Below are positions 23,748 to 34,600 of a DNA stretch of 64,000 nt, one piece after another. Made by a program: the position numbers and the translations under genes. Origin of the DNA: Ascoidea asiatica JCM 7603 (taxonomy: Eukaryota > Fungi > Ascomycota); assembly GCA_001600695.1 (NCBI GenBank), contig BCKQ01000015.1, positions 132,527 through 196,526 on the forward strand. Direction: 5' to 3'. The notes beneath the pieces are model-generated. The model saw only the letters and a list, made by a program, of their open reading frames with translations. It ran no database searches and was not told the DNA's origin. Within the stretch, counting starts at the first letter, position 1. Each line of letters opens with the position of its first letter.

Positions 23748-25912
23748 TTTGAATTGATTTTTTTATTTTTTGAATTTTTAGTTTAAAGGAATGACTGAAA
23801 AATTAAATTAATTTGAATAAATAATTTAATTATGATATAATATTTAATATTAATAATTGAATTTATAATTTATAAATATATTTTTTATAATAATTATAAT
23901 TATGATAATAATAATAATAAAAAAAAAAGAAATTGGATCTAAAAAAAAATAGGAAAGATTTCCCTGAATTTATATGGAATATAAAAAATAAGTAAAAATA
24001 AGTCAATTCAGAAAAGACAACTTACCTATTCTGAATTGGATATAAAATTCTAAAACTTTCAGTCAATAATTTCATAATTTCTTCAATTTTAGTTGGTAGC
24101 TGAATTTGGTAATTAAAGAGTTAATGAATAAACAAATTTTTAATCTTAAAAGCTAGTATTTACTATGTATTCTTCATAAAAATTAAATTTATTCAGTTTC
24201 CCATTGTTTTATAATTTGTTTCAATCAAATATTGACATTGATATTCATAAACTCAATCATACAGTTTATTGCTGATCATTATCTTAGGATTGTATAAACA
24301 AAAATTATATTAGTATTATTAGTATAAATAATTATAGTTAGTTACAAATAAATAAAAATTTTATTAATAAACTTATTTTCAAAAAAAGCTTAATTTTGGT
24401 TGATGATCTTAAAATTTTTTAATATTAATCTCTTTTACTCCATCAATTGATTTTCATTATTACCTTTAGAGAATTTAAGAATCCAATAATTCAATAATTC
24501 AAGAATTCAAGAATTCAAGCTTTTAAAAGCTTTTTGAACATTTTTGTAACTTGATTAGAAATTGAATGTGTCTCAACCTAATAAATATATATATTAGAAT
24601 TTCAAAACTAGTAGTAACCAATTATTGATTATAAAGTATTGTAATTTTTCTACCTTTAAGAAATTAAATGGGTGAAATAGCCAATAAAGAAAATTGTTGA
24701 AAATATTTCATAAATCTCTGAAAAATTGATATTGTTATTCAAATTATTAATATTATTTTCATTTTATTATGCAAGTATTGTAATAGCACTAGAAAAACAT
24801 AAGCAATTTCGAAAATGTAAAACGAAGCCCTTTTTAAAAAAAGTCATTGTTTATTGTTAGATAAAACAAGAAATTTCATTTGACAATAGGCTTACTTAAA
24901 GTACAATTTAATAAAAACAAAGGCTCATAGGCGACTATTACGACAAATGATGCAGATTAATGAAACTCTCAGTCTAATAGATCGTCGGTAGTGTTTTCAA
25001 AAAGCTTTTCAGGTATTCAAACATCTCTTGTTTTTATTCTTGAATCTTGTAATCATTAACCCACATTGAGCTACAAGGCAAATAAACCATAGAACTTCAC
25101 TTACAACCTCCTTCTGATCCCAATCAAAACAAAATACAAAAGAAGGTCAAACACGAACAAAAATAACAAAAATAAATATTCCAACTCAACTTTGATTCTC
25201 TTTGTGTATGCTTTTGGAGGTTCGATATCTTTCCTTTTTTTTTTTTTAAGTCCGCTTCTGACTTACGTAAGCGACACGCACAAAACACAAACAGCGGTTT
25301 TGACCCCGGATCCTGTTATGGAGTTAAACTATTCCTGATTACAAAGACTTCGGAGAAATCCAGTTACAATCGAAAGTTTACTTTTTAAGATTATCCGGGA
25401 AATGGATTATCCGAAAATAAGAGATGGATCCGAAGGACTGGTTTCTTATGAGTATTTCCGTTATTCTGGTGTAAAAGTTGATAAGTTTTTTATTTTCATT
25501 TTGAGTAATCAAACAGTCTGGTTAATAAACTTATCTCATAAAATAGAATACAAACAATGAATTTGAACAAGTGAGGGTAGATTAAATATAATAAGATGGA
25601 TATTTGTTTTCTTTGCTACTTGCTGAAATTATTTTAAATAATTTTGAGCAAGCTAGCAATCAAAATCAATATGTGTATGAGCAATAAGGTTTTCTTCACT
25701 TATTGTTTTCAAAAATATAAGCAATCAAAGAATAATATATGATATTGTTCAACTTATAAAAGTTCAGTTTTTCCTTTTTAAAAGTAAAATATAAAAATTA
25801 TCAAAAGTATTATAAAACTAAAGTTCTTTCTTCTATTCTTTTAAGTATATTTTCTATGTTTTTTCTTTAATTTAATCTTTTCCAAAAATTATTTCTTCAA
25901 AAATTTAACAGA

Positions 25913-27979
25913 ATGTCTAATTTAAAATGGGAAAATGATAATGAAAATTTTCAAATTGAAATTGTAATTTCAAGAGCAAAAAAAGTTAAATTACCAATTT
26001 TTTTATTATCTGAAAAGGAAAAATTATTAAATATTGCAAATTGTTCAGTTTTTGATGATCCTGAAATATTAAAAAATGAAATTGAAAGAGTAACTTCATT
26101 AAATGAAAAAGAAAATCAAAATTTTATAAGTTCTATTGATTCTTCAAAATGTTTACCGAATAGTTATTCTTGTATTAATACTGATTTAGGATTTTTACCT
26201 AAAAAAATAAAAAAAAAATATATACCTTCTAATAATGATATTGATAAAAATAATGATAAAGATTGTAATAATAATGATAATAATAATGATAATAATAATG
26301 ATAAAGATAATGATATTAATGACGATAAAGCTAACGAGAAAAAAGATGAAATATTCAGACATTCATTGGTTTTTATTTTAATTACTTATGGAAATGAAAC
26401 TATAAAACTTACTCCAGTAAAAGGTTCAATTTCAAATCCAATATTTAGAAAAGTAGTAAATTTTAATGTTAAAAATTACTCAAATAATATACTTATTGAA
26501 TTATTTTGCGATATTCCAAATTATTTAATTCCTAAGGAATATTTTGAAAAATATAAAGATGATTTTGATTTAAATTATCCAAATCAAGAAATATATATTG
26601 GAGAAAAAATCCTTTATTTAAATGAAGAATTTTTTAAAAATGATAGAAAAGCTAGAAAATTATTAAATAATAGTAATGTTCCACTTCTTGTTAATAATCC
26701 TGAACAAACTTCAACTTCATTTATTTCAATGTCAATAAAAGTTTTACCACCTTTTAAATTAAAAGAAGAGGAAATTAGTTTAAAAAATTTTAAAATTATG
26801 AAATTTATTGGTAAAGGAACATTTGGTGAAGTTTATCAAGTTTTAAAGAGAAATAATGGTAAAATATATGCTTTGAAAAGTATTGAAAAATTTCATATTA
26901 TAAAAAATATTGATAAAACAAACTATCATTCATATGAAACTGGAAATGGAAATGGAAATGAAAATGAAAATGAAATTCAAAATCAAAATCAAAATCAAAA
27001 TCAAAGAGAAGCAGAAATAGAAAAAGAAAAAAAAAATAAAATAATCAAAGCAATAATTGAAAAAAATATTTTAATGAAAATGAATAATCCTTTTATTATA
27101 TCATTACATTATTCTTTCCAAACTGTTAAAAAAGTTTATTTAATAACTGATTTTATTAATGGAGGAGAATTATTTCATCATTTAAGTAAAGAAAGAATAT
27201 TTAATTTATATAGAAGTAAATTATATATTGCTGAAATTATATGTGCTTTAGAATATTTACATAATTCAAATATTATTTATAGAGATTTGAAACCAGAAAA
27301 TATATTATTAGATCACCAAGGACATATAAAACTTTGTGATTTTGGATTAAGTAAGATTTCAGAACCAAATTTAAGAAAAAATAATGAAAATATAAAAACA
27401 ATTGCAAAAACATTTACATTTTGTGGATCTTCAAATTATCTGGCACCAGAAATTTTAAAACATAAAGGATATGATGAAAAAGTAGATTGGTGGGCATTAG
27501 GTATAATATTATTTGAGATGTTGATTGGTACTACACCATTTTATAAACCTAATTTAAATGAAATGATGAGATGCATAATTAATTCTCCACTTGAATTTCC
27601 AAAAGATTTTAATTCATCTGCTAAAGACCTTATTGAAAAATTATTGAATAAAGATCCTAATAAAAGAATTGGAGCAAATAATGGAAGTCAAGAAATTAAA
27701 AACCATTCATTCTTTGAAAATTTGAATTGGAATAAAGTTATGAATAAAGAATATGAACCTTTATTTAAACCTGATGTAAAAGATGAAATTGATTGCAAAA
27801 TAATATCAAAATATTTGGAAGAAGTTGAAGAAACTGAAGAATTGAAAGAATTTCAAGAAAGGCTGGAAATCATTAAAGGAAAATATGAATATGAGTATTT
27901 AGGTAAATCTGATCAAGTTTTGTTCAAGAATTGGTCTTTTATAGGGGAAAGTGAATTTGAAAAACATCTGAAAGCTTGA
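25913..27979 (+). CDS. AGC kinase, divergent Ypk/Gad8/Sch9-like with C2-like N-terminal region
   Basis: GKGTFGEV, YALK, NGGELFHHL, YRDLKPENILLD, DFGLSK, TFCGSSNYLAPE, hydrophobic motif FKNWSF. Confidence 0.85.
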   Translation: MSNLKWENDNENFQIEIVISRAKKVKLPIFLLSEKEKLLNIANCSVFDDPEILKNEIERVTSLNEKENQNFISSIDSSKCLPNSYSCINTDLGFLPKKIKKKYIPSNNDIDKNNDKDCNNNDNNNDNNNDKDNDINDDKANEKKDEIFRHSLVFILITYGNETIKLTPVKGSISNPIFRKVVNFNVKNYSNNILIELFCDIPNYLIPKEYFEKYKDDFDLNYPNQEIYIGEKILYLNEEFFKNDRKARKLLNNSNVPLLVNNPEQTSTSFISMSIKVLPPFKLKEEEISLKNFKIMKFIGKGTFGEVYQVLKRNNGKIYALKSIEKFHIIKNIDKTNYHSYETGNGNGNENENEIQNQNQNQNQREAEIEKEKKNKIIKAIIEKNILMKMNNPFIISLHYSFQTVKKVYLITDFINGGELFHHLSKERIFNLYRSKLYIAEIICALEYLHNSNIIYRDLKPENILLDHQGHIKLCDFGLSKISEPNLRKNNENIKTIAKTFTFCGSSNYLAPEILKHKGYDEKVDWWALGIILFEMLIGTTPFYKPNLNEMMRCIINSPLEFPKDFNSSAKDLIEKLLNKDPNKRIGANNGSQEIKNHSFFENLNWNKVMNKEYEPLFKPDVKDEIDCKIISKYLEEVEETEELKEFQERLEIIKGKYEYEYLGKSDQVLFKNWSFIGESEFEKHLKA

Positions 27980-28545
27980 AGCAGTATTTAATTAATGACA
28001 ATTAATACATTTTTTTTGCTTTTTATCAATAAACATTTATTAAATAGCTGTAACTTGAATGTTTTACTGTTTTACTGTATTTGTATATTGAGCACAGGTA
28101 CCGAGTGTAGACACACACAAAAACAGCGGGTTGCACTAAGTGTATTTCCATTGTTCTCTTGCGACGCATAAAAAAATAAAAAACAACAAAAAGAAGGTGA
28201 AAGAATTCAATTTTGGAAATTCTTAACCAGACACAGAAATCCATTTGAATAATCATAAAATACTTGTTATACATACGTACGTTGTCTACTGACTATGATA
28301 CTATTCTCCATATTTGACATAGTTAAGTATCCTTCATTTACACTTTCTTCTTCTTTCCAAGCAGTTATATTAAACTATTCGAATAACGCTTAGCAAAGTC
28401 CATTGGTTTTTTTTCAATAAATAATGTTATTTCTAATACAATTTAAATGACTCAAAAATGTTTTCAACTCAAAAAAAAGAGAAAGAGTTGTAAACTCACT
28501 TAAGCTTAAATACAAATTAAATCTTTTTTTGCATTCAGTAAATCA

Positions 28546-28670
28546 ATGATCAATAAACTTTCTCGTCATATTTCAAAACTAATATTTAAGTATATGACTT
28601 TAGATAAATGTTGATTATTTATTTTATTTGATAATATTAGTTTATACAAGGCTTTAACTAAGATATTTTA
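28546..28670 (+). pseudogene. 5' remnant of the F-box/LRR gene (inverted duplicate of 21627)
   Basis: Translates as MINKLSRHISKLIFKYMTLDKC*LFILFDNISLYK versus MINKLPIHILKLIFNYITLDKCWLFTLSNNINIYK. The upstream flank is also homologous; most of the body is deleted. Confidence 0.85.
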
Positions 28671-29247
28671 ATTCCGGTGAAAATAAGAGTTCTTCAATTA
28701 GATCCTAATATAAGGTAAATAAATTAAGCAAATTTAATTGAATTGAAGGCATTATATATAATAGATGATTTTAAAATAAAAAAACACATAACTTTGAATT
28801 ATGATCTAATATAAGGATATTCTTAACTTTTGTGTAATGGTCTAAAATTAAAAAGATCTTTTCAAGAAGAGTGTTGTGTTTGAGGTTTCTATATAACAAA
28901 GTAGGGTCCAATATATGGAGCTTGGAGGCTTTCTTGAAATATAAAAGATTACATTTATCATTATTGAGATTGTAAATTTATATGAATTCAAAAATTTCAA
29001 AAAAAATGGGATATGATTTATGTTTTAAATGGATAGGTAATCACTAAAAGAGTAATCCAGATTTCAACCAATATTTTCATAAAATATAGAAGAAATACAA
29101 GGAAATTGAATGGAATGAAAAAAGAATAAACATTCAAAATCATGTAATCTGAAAAAGAAAAAAATAAACCATTAAAAGAAATAGAAACAGAAGAGGACCC
29201 ATTTTTTAAAAACAGAAATTTCAAGGAGAACCAATAAACAGGACTCA

Positions 29248-29341
29248 TCCCCATTAGCTCAGTTGGTAGAGCGTTCGGCTTTTAGGGATTTGTTAATTTC
29301 GAGCAACCGAAATGTCTAGGGTTCGAGCCCCTAATGAGGAG
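29248..29341 (+). tRNA. tRNA-Lys(TTT) with intron
   Basis: Identical to the 19207-19300 copy. Confidence 0.96.
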
Positions 29342-29472
29342 TCCTTTTTTTAGTTTTATTTTTTATTATTTTTAATTATTATCTAAGTTGGTTAGGGTAA
29401 AAAGTATAAAATTTCAGGACAAACAGTTAGAACAGGGAAAAAAAAAATAAACCTTCTGAATAGTAATTAGTG

Positions 29473-29544
29473 TTCCGATACCGGGAGTCGAACCCGGGTC
29501 TCCTCGGTGAAAGCGAGGTATGATCACCGTTACACTATATCGGA
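29473..29544 (-). tRNA. tRNA-Glu(TTC)
   Basis: Identical to the 19015 copy, reverse strand. Confidence 0.97.
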
Positions 29545-29666
29545 AAACCTTATAATTCTGTTTGGTTGTGTTTAAAGGTTGTCACGAGATGTTACTAAAC
29601 CTATCACGTGTCTTGCTACTAATGTTTTGCTGGTGTTCCAGAGATAAAATCAACTAAGCATATTTT

Positions 29667-29682
29667 GCTGATTTAGCTCAGC

Positions 29683-29715
<33 letters not shown>

Positions 29716-29739
29716 TGTGTTCGATCCACAGAATTAGCA
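29667..29739 (+). tRNA. tRNA-Phe(GAA), intronless
   Basis: GCTGATTTAGCTCAGCTGGGAGAGCGTCAGACT-GAA-GATCTGAAGGTCCTGTGTTCGATCCACAGAATTAGCA. Confidence 0.97.
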
Positions 29740-30826
29740 GCTATTTTTTTTTAATTTGCTTTCTAATTGTTCTCCTCATTGTTATTTGTCAATCGTTTGT
29801 TGAAAGAAGGATTTTATGTGAAGATTTAAAGAACAAGTTTAAATTCCAAAAGAATATATTCATACTCAATTTGGTAAATAACAAGCTTTTTTGCTGTTAT
29901 GTGTTTCAATCATCGATTATATTACTCTTAATTATATCAAAAAGTACAATTAAAATGGCAAATTTTGGTATCAAGAATTTAACTTGATGAGAATAATTTT
30001 ATAAACAAATCATAAGATTAAGTAAATATGATTTAACAAATTATATTTTAGATTGTAATATAATGGATGAAATGAAAAGTTGAATTCATTTCAATAAAAT
30101 TATTGCTTTTTAAAAAGACACTTTCATAAATTCAAATCCAAATCATGCAGATAATGAATTTAACTTTATCCCTATATTAAATTGAAGTTTAAAATCCAAA
30201 GTTTTATCAATTTTAGTTAAGGTTCCTTCAAAAATTATAATACTTTCTTACCAATAAAAATTTTAAAAAATGGTATCAATATTTAATACTTCAATAATAT
30301 TTATATATAATCATCACATTTCAAAATTGAAGATACATGAAAAAAAAAATTCCGAAGATGAAAAATTAAAAAAAGGTAAACACTATATTAGTTTATTTTC
30401 CATTGATATATGATTTTATTTTGAAATTGTTTAAACTAGGTAAAAGTGAAATCGATATTAAATAAAATAAAATAAAAAATTGAGACCAAAAGATTATTGG
30501 CTTTTAATGTAGAAAGAAAAATCTCAGGGTCTACTTTTTCAGCAAATATCTATCAACCTCTACTCAACTGTAGCTTCTATACACATTATTTCTATGTATT
30601 TATTTGATTGAAAACTTACTGAAACAGGATTTCTTTCAAAATAATTTGAAGCAGATATTAAAAAGAAATCAACAGTTTCATCATTAGTAAAGGATATAGT
30701 TCAGAAATTAGATTTATTGAATTGAATCTCTATCAAAGAAAACTATTTTGTTTTGTGTATGTGTATCTACCCATCACTTATACGTTATATTGTCAATTCA
30801 GAGAAACTCCAAAAAGGCAACGAAAT

Positions 30827-30909
30827 GGAGGGTTGGCCGAGTGGTCTAAGGCGGTAGACTTAAGATCTACTGGGAAATTCCCGCGCGAGTTCGAACCTCG
30901 CATCCTTCA
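30827..30909 (+). tRNA. tRNA-Leu(TAA)
   Basis: GGAGGGTTGGCCGAGTGGTCTAAGGCGGTAGACT-TAA-GATCTACTGGGAAATTCCCGCGCGAGTTCGAACCTCGCATCCTTCA. Confidence 0.97.
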
Positions 30910-30990
30910 TTCTTTATTTTTTTTCAGTGCTACTATTTCAATGATCCGATTAAAGATGTTTCAATATCTTCACATAGAGATAATCTAGCT

Positions 30991-33147
30991 TTATTTGATA
31001 TTCCTCTAGGCTTAGATAAAGGTTTAGATTTTTCTTCTATATTATCTTTATCCGAAAAAACTAATAACAATAATGATTATGATGACGATAATAATAATAA
31101 TTTTGAAAATATTGCAAATATAGAAGATTTTAATGAAAATGATAACCGTATAATTGAATTGGATGAAAATTTAGATGATTTAGATATAAATTCAGATAAT
31201 GATGAAGCTAATGGTGAATATGGTGATTATAAATCAAAATCTTCAAAATTATCTAATCAGAACCAATCCGATAATAGAAAAAATGAAAATGATGAATTAG
31301 TACCTCTTAATATTTCAATATCTTCTGCTTTAAAATCCGTTTCAAAATTAACAATTGAAAAATAAGAATTATGCTAATGTCGTTGATATTAATCATAAAA
31401 TTGATAATTTTAGTGATTTAGTACCAAATCCTACAAGAATTTGGCCTTTTGAATTAGATGTATTTCAAAAAGAAACCGTTTATCATTTAGAACAAAATGA
31501 CTCAGTATTCGTTGCTGCACATACTTCAATTGGTAAAACTGTTGTAGCCGAATATGCAATTGCTATGGCTCATAGAAATATGACAAAAACAATATATACA
31601 TCTCCAATAAAAGCTTTATGAAATCAAAAATTTAGAGATTTCAAAGAAATTTTCAAAGATATTGATATTGGTTTAGTTACTGGTGATGTTCAAATTAATC
31701 CTCATTCTGATTGTTTGATAATGACAACTGAAATTTTAAGAAGTATGTTTTATAGAGGTGCTGATCTTATAAGAGATGTAGAGTTCGTTATCTTTGACGA
31801 AGTTCATTATGTGAATGATATTGATAGAGGTGTAGTTTGGGAAGAAGTTATAATTATGTTACCTGAACATGTTAAATTTTTTTTATTATCTGCAACTGTT
31901 CTAAATACAATGGAATTTGCTGAATGGATTGGTAGAACTAAAAAAAAAGATATTTATGTGATTTCGACTCCAAAACGTCCAGTACCTTTAAAAATTTTAA
32001 TTTATACTAAAAAAAACAAGTATTCAAAGTTATTGATGGTCAACGAAATTTCAGTGAAATTCAATTTAAAAAACATAAAGAATTTTTTGAAAAAACTAAT
32101 GAAAACTCAAATTATGATACTCGAGGAGGCCAAGGTAGCCAAAGAGGTGGAAAACCTGGAAATAATAATTATAGATCTGCTTGGGATGGTCCAAATAAAA
32201 ATACTTGGATTAATTTGGTTCAATTCCTTAAAATTAACAATCTTTTACTAGCTGTTATTTTTGTATTCAGTAAAAAAAGATGTGAAGAATATGCAGAAAC
32301 TCTAATGAGTATAGATCTTACAACTTCTAAAGAAAAATTTCTTGTTAGAATGTTTATTGATAAAGCCGTTTCAAGATTGAAAAAAGAAGAAAGAGATTTA
32401 CCTCAAATTTTAAAAATGAGAGAATTTATAGCAAGAGGTGTTAGTGTTCATCATGGTGGTCTTCTACCAATTGTTAAAGAAGTTATTGAAAGTTTATTTT
32501 CAAAGTCTTTAGTTAAAGTTCTTTTTGCTACTGAAACTTTTGCAATGGGTTTGAATTTACCTACAAGAACAGTTGTTTTTGATAAACTAAAAAAAAACAC
32601 AACGGGATAAGTTTAAGAGATCTTTTACCTGGTAAATTTACTCAAATGTCTGAAAGAGCTGGTAGAAGAGGGTTAGATCCAATGGGTACTGTAATCGTAA
32701 TGACTTATAATAATCCTATAGATACAACCTCTTTCAAAAATGTAACGTTGGGAAATCCAACAAAATTGACTTCTCAGTTTAGGTTAACTTATATCATGAT
32801 TTTAAATTTATTAAGAATTGAAGCTCTTAAAGTAGAAGAAATGATTAAACACTCATTCAGTGGAAATTCTTCAAGATATCTTCTTCCTGAACATGAAAAA
32901 ACTTTACTTAGTTTATAATTAAAAACAAAGCTAAAAGATATAAGCTCAAAATATGATAGTCAAGATTTTACTGATTGCCCTTACACTAAAGATGATCTTA
33001 TAAAAATGCATTCAATATTTACTGGTTATAATCTTTTAGTAACAGATATGGTAAAGAAGTCTTTCAGAAATCCTGTTCTTTTGAGAACATTTAAAGCTGG
33101 AAAATTAATTGTATTTGTGGATAATAATGGTTATTTAACACCAGGTA
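30991..33147 (+). pseudogene. SKI2: SKI2 DExH RNA helicase pseudogene fragment
   Basis: [89 protein letters not shown]. Carries an in-frame TGA and several frameshifts, and is truncated at both ends. Confidence 0.93.
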
Positions 33148-33224
33148 ATTTTTGATCACGTTTTACTATTCAACAGAATAAAAAATTGAAAAAAAAAAAA
33201 GTGTTTGAAAATATCAAAAATATT

Positions 33225-33297
33225 TGGACAAGTCCGGAGTCGAACCGGAGACCTTCTGCACGCTAAGCAGACGCGCTACCAACTACGCCACATGCCC
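33225..33297 (-). tRNA. tRNA-Ala(AGC)
   Basis: GGGCATGTGGCGTAGTTGGTAGCGCGTCTGCTT-AGC-GTGCAGAAGGTCTCCGGTTCGACTCCGGACTTGTCCA. Confidence 0.97.
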
Positions 33298-34521
33298 AAA
33301 ACGATGTTTTTATTTTTATTATTAACACTAAGTTACAATGCGCTGTAAGAATTATTTTATTGCAATAAAATGATACGAAGTTGAATTGAGAAATATAAAG
33401 AAGAGCTTTGAATATTTCAGATTTGAAACAGTAAAATTAAATAATCAAATTCATTTTGCAAACATATGAATATGAACTTCATATTATAAGAAGAACCCAT
33501 GTCAATATTAATTGCACCATACTTGCAAAGACTTGTTTAGCATCTTCAATTAATATGGAGCTCATTCTGGGTGCAAAAGGTCCGGGGTAAATTGAGGCCA
33601 ATAAAAAAAATAGGTACAGGATTTTCATATTATATTAATTTACTTGAGACAATAGAATTGAATGACTTAAATGTCCATGAAAATAGAGAGGATCTAGAAG
33701 CTAATATAAATGATCCAATAAACTGGATTTCTTCGTTGTAATCTATGCAACAACAATTAGGTTTGAAGATTAGTACTCTTATTTTTGAGGTTCCTTAAAG
33801 AACAGCTCTTAATAGTGGAAGCCCTATTTTGAAATTACTAATATCGTATGTATCAGATTTATTATCTAAAAATTTATCAATTTCCTCATGCTTATTGGAT
33901 TTAAATTTCACAACCGATATAATATTCAGAACAGAGTCCAGAAAGTTAGTTGACTCAAGGTTTTCAAATTTTATAAATAAGAGAGTAGGTATAAACACCA
34001 TAGATGTAATGAAGTTAATTTCGACTTGTAATCGATTTGATGTATCCTCCTTAGCTCAGTCTGGAAGTAGAAAATATTTATGATGAAAACAAAAAAATTT
34101 CAATATAAATTTTATAAAGGAATTATTTTCGGTGATTATTAGAAACTAATAAGTACCTTTTGTAGGAAATATGAAATCAATTACCATTGTTTTATTTTAC
34201 AAAACATTTTCTTGAAGACCTTTTCTCTAGCAATATAACTGACTTATATTATCCTAATATATAGTTATTTCAGCATCTTTAACTCAATGATTATATTTTC
34301 CATTACCCTTTCATATCTTAATCTTTATCTTGTTCATAGATTAAGAATACTGAATAATCTAATCATTAGCAAATATACAGTATAATAATTGTATCACAAA
34401 TATCTAAATGAAAAAGAAAAAATCATGTTTGAAGTTTATCATAAAGAAGTCAACGCCACTAAAAGCTGGAAAAAAGAAGACAAGCAAGTAAAACACAAAA
34501 AAAATAATAAAAAATAAAGAA

Positions 34522-34600
34522 TGAAGGATGCGAGGTTCGAACTTGCGCGGAAATTTCACAGTAGATCTTAAGTCTACCACCGCCTTAGACTCGACCCTCC
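34522..34600 (-). pseudogene. tRNA-Leu(TAA) pseudogene, inverted duplicate of 30827
   Basis: GGAGGGT----CGAGT---CTAAGGCGGTGGTAGACTTAAGATCTAC...: D-arm and A-box destroyed, T-stem mismatch. Both flanks are homologous to 30790-30925. Confidence 0.9.

Larger units (their letters stand above)
29163..29739. repeat. Left arm of ~578-bp near-perfect inverted repeat (partner 36490-37067)
   Basis: Reverse complement matches with only about 4-5 differences by eye; contains the Lys, Glu and Phe tRNAs. Confidence 0.95.

Noticed and set aside
22133-28274. Similar small ORFs 22133-22321 and 28026-28274 (ASQENN / RRKRTME) as a mini-gene family
   Set aside because: The homologous DNA is read in different frames, so it is a non-coding block of the inverted duplication.
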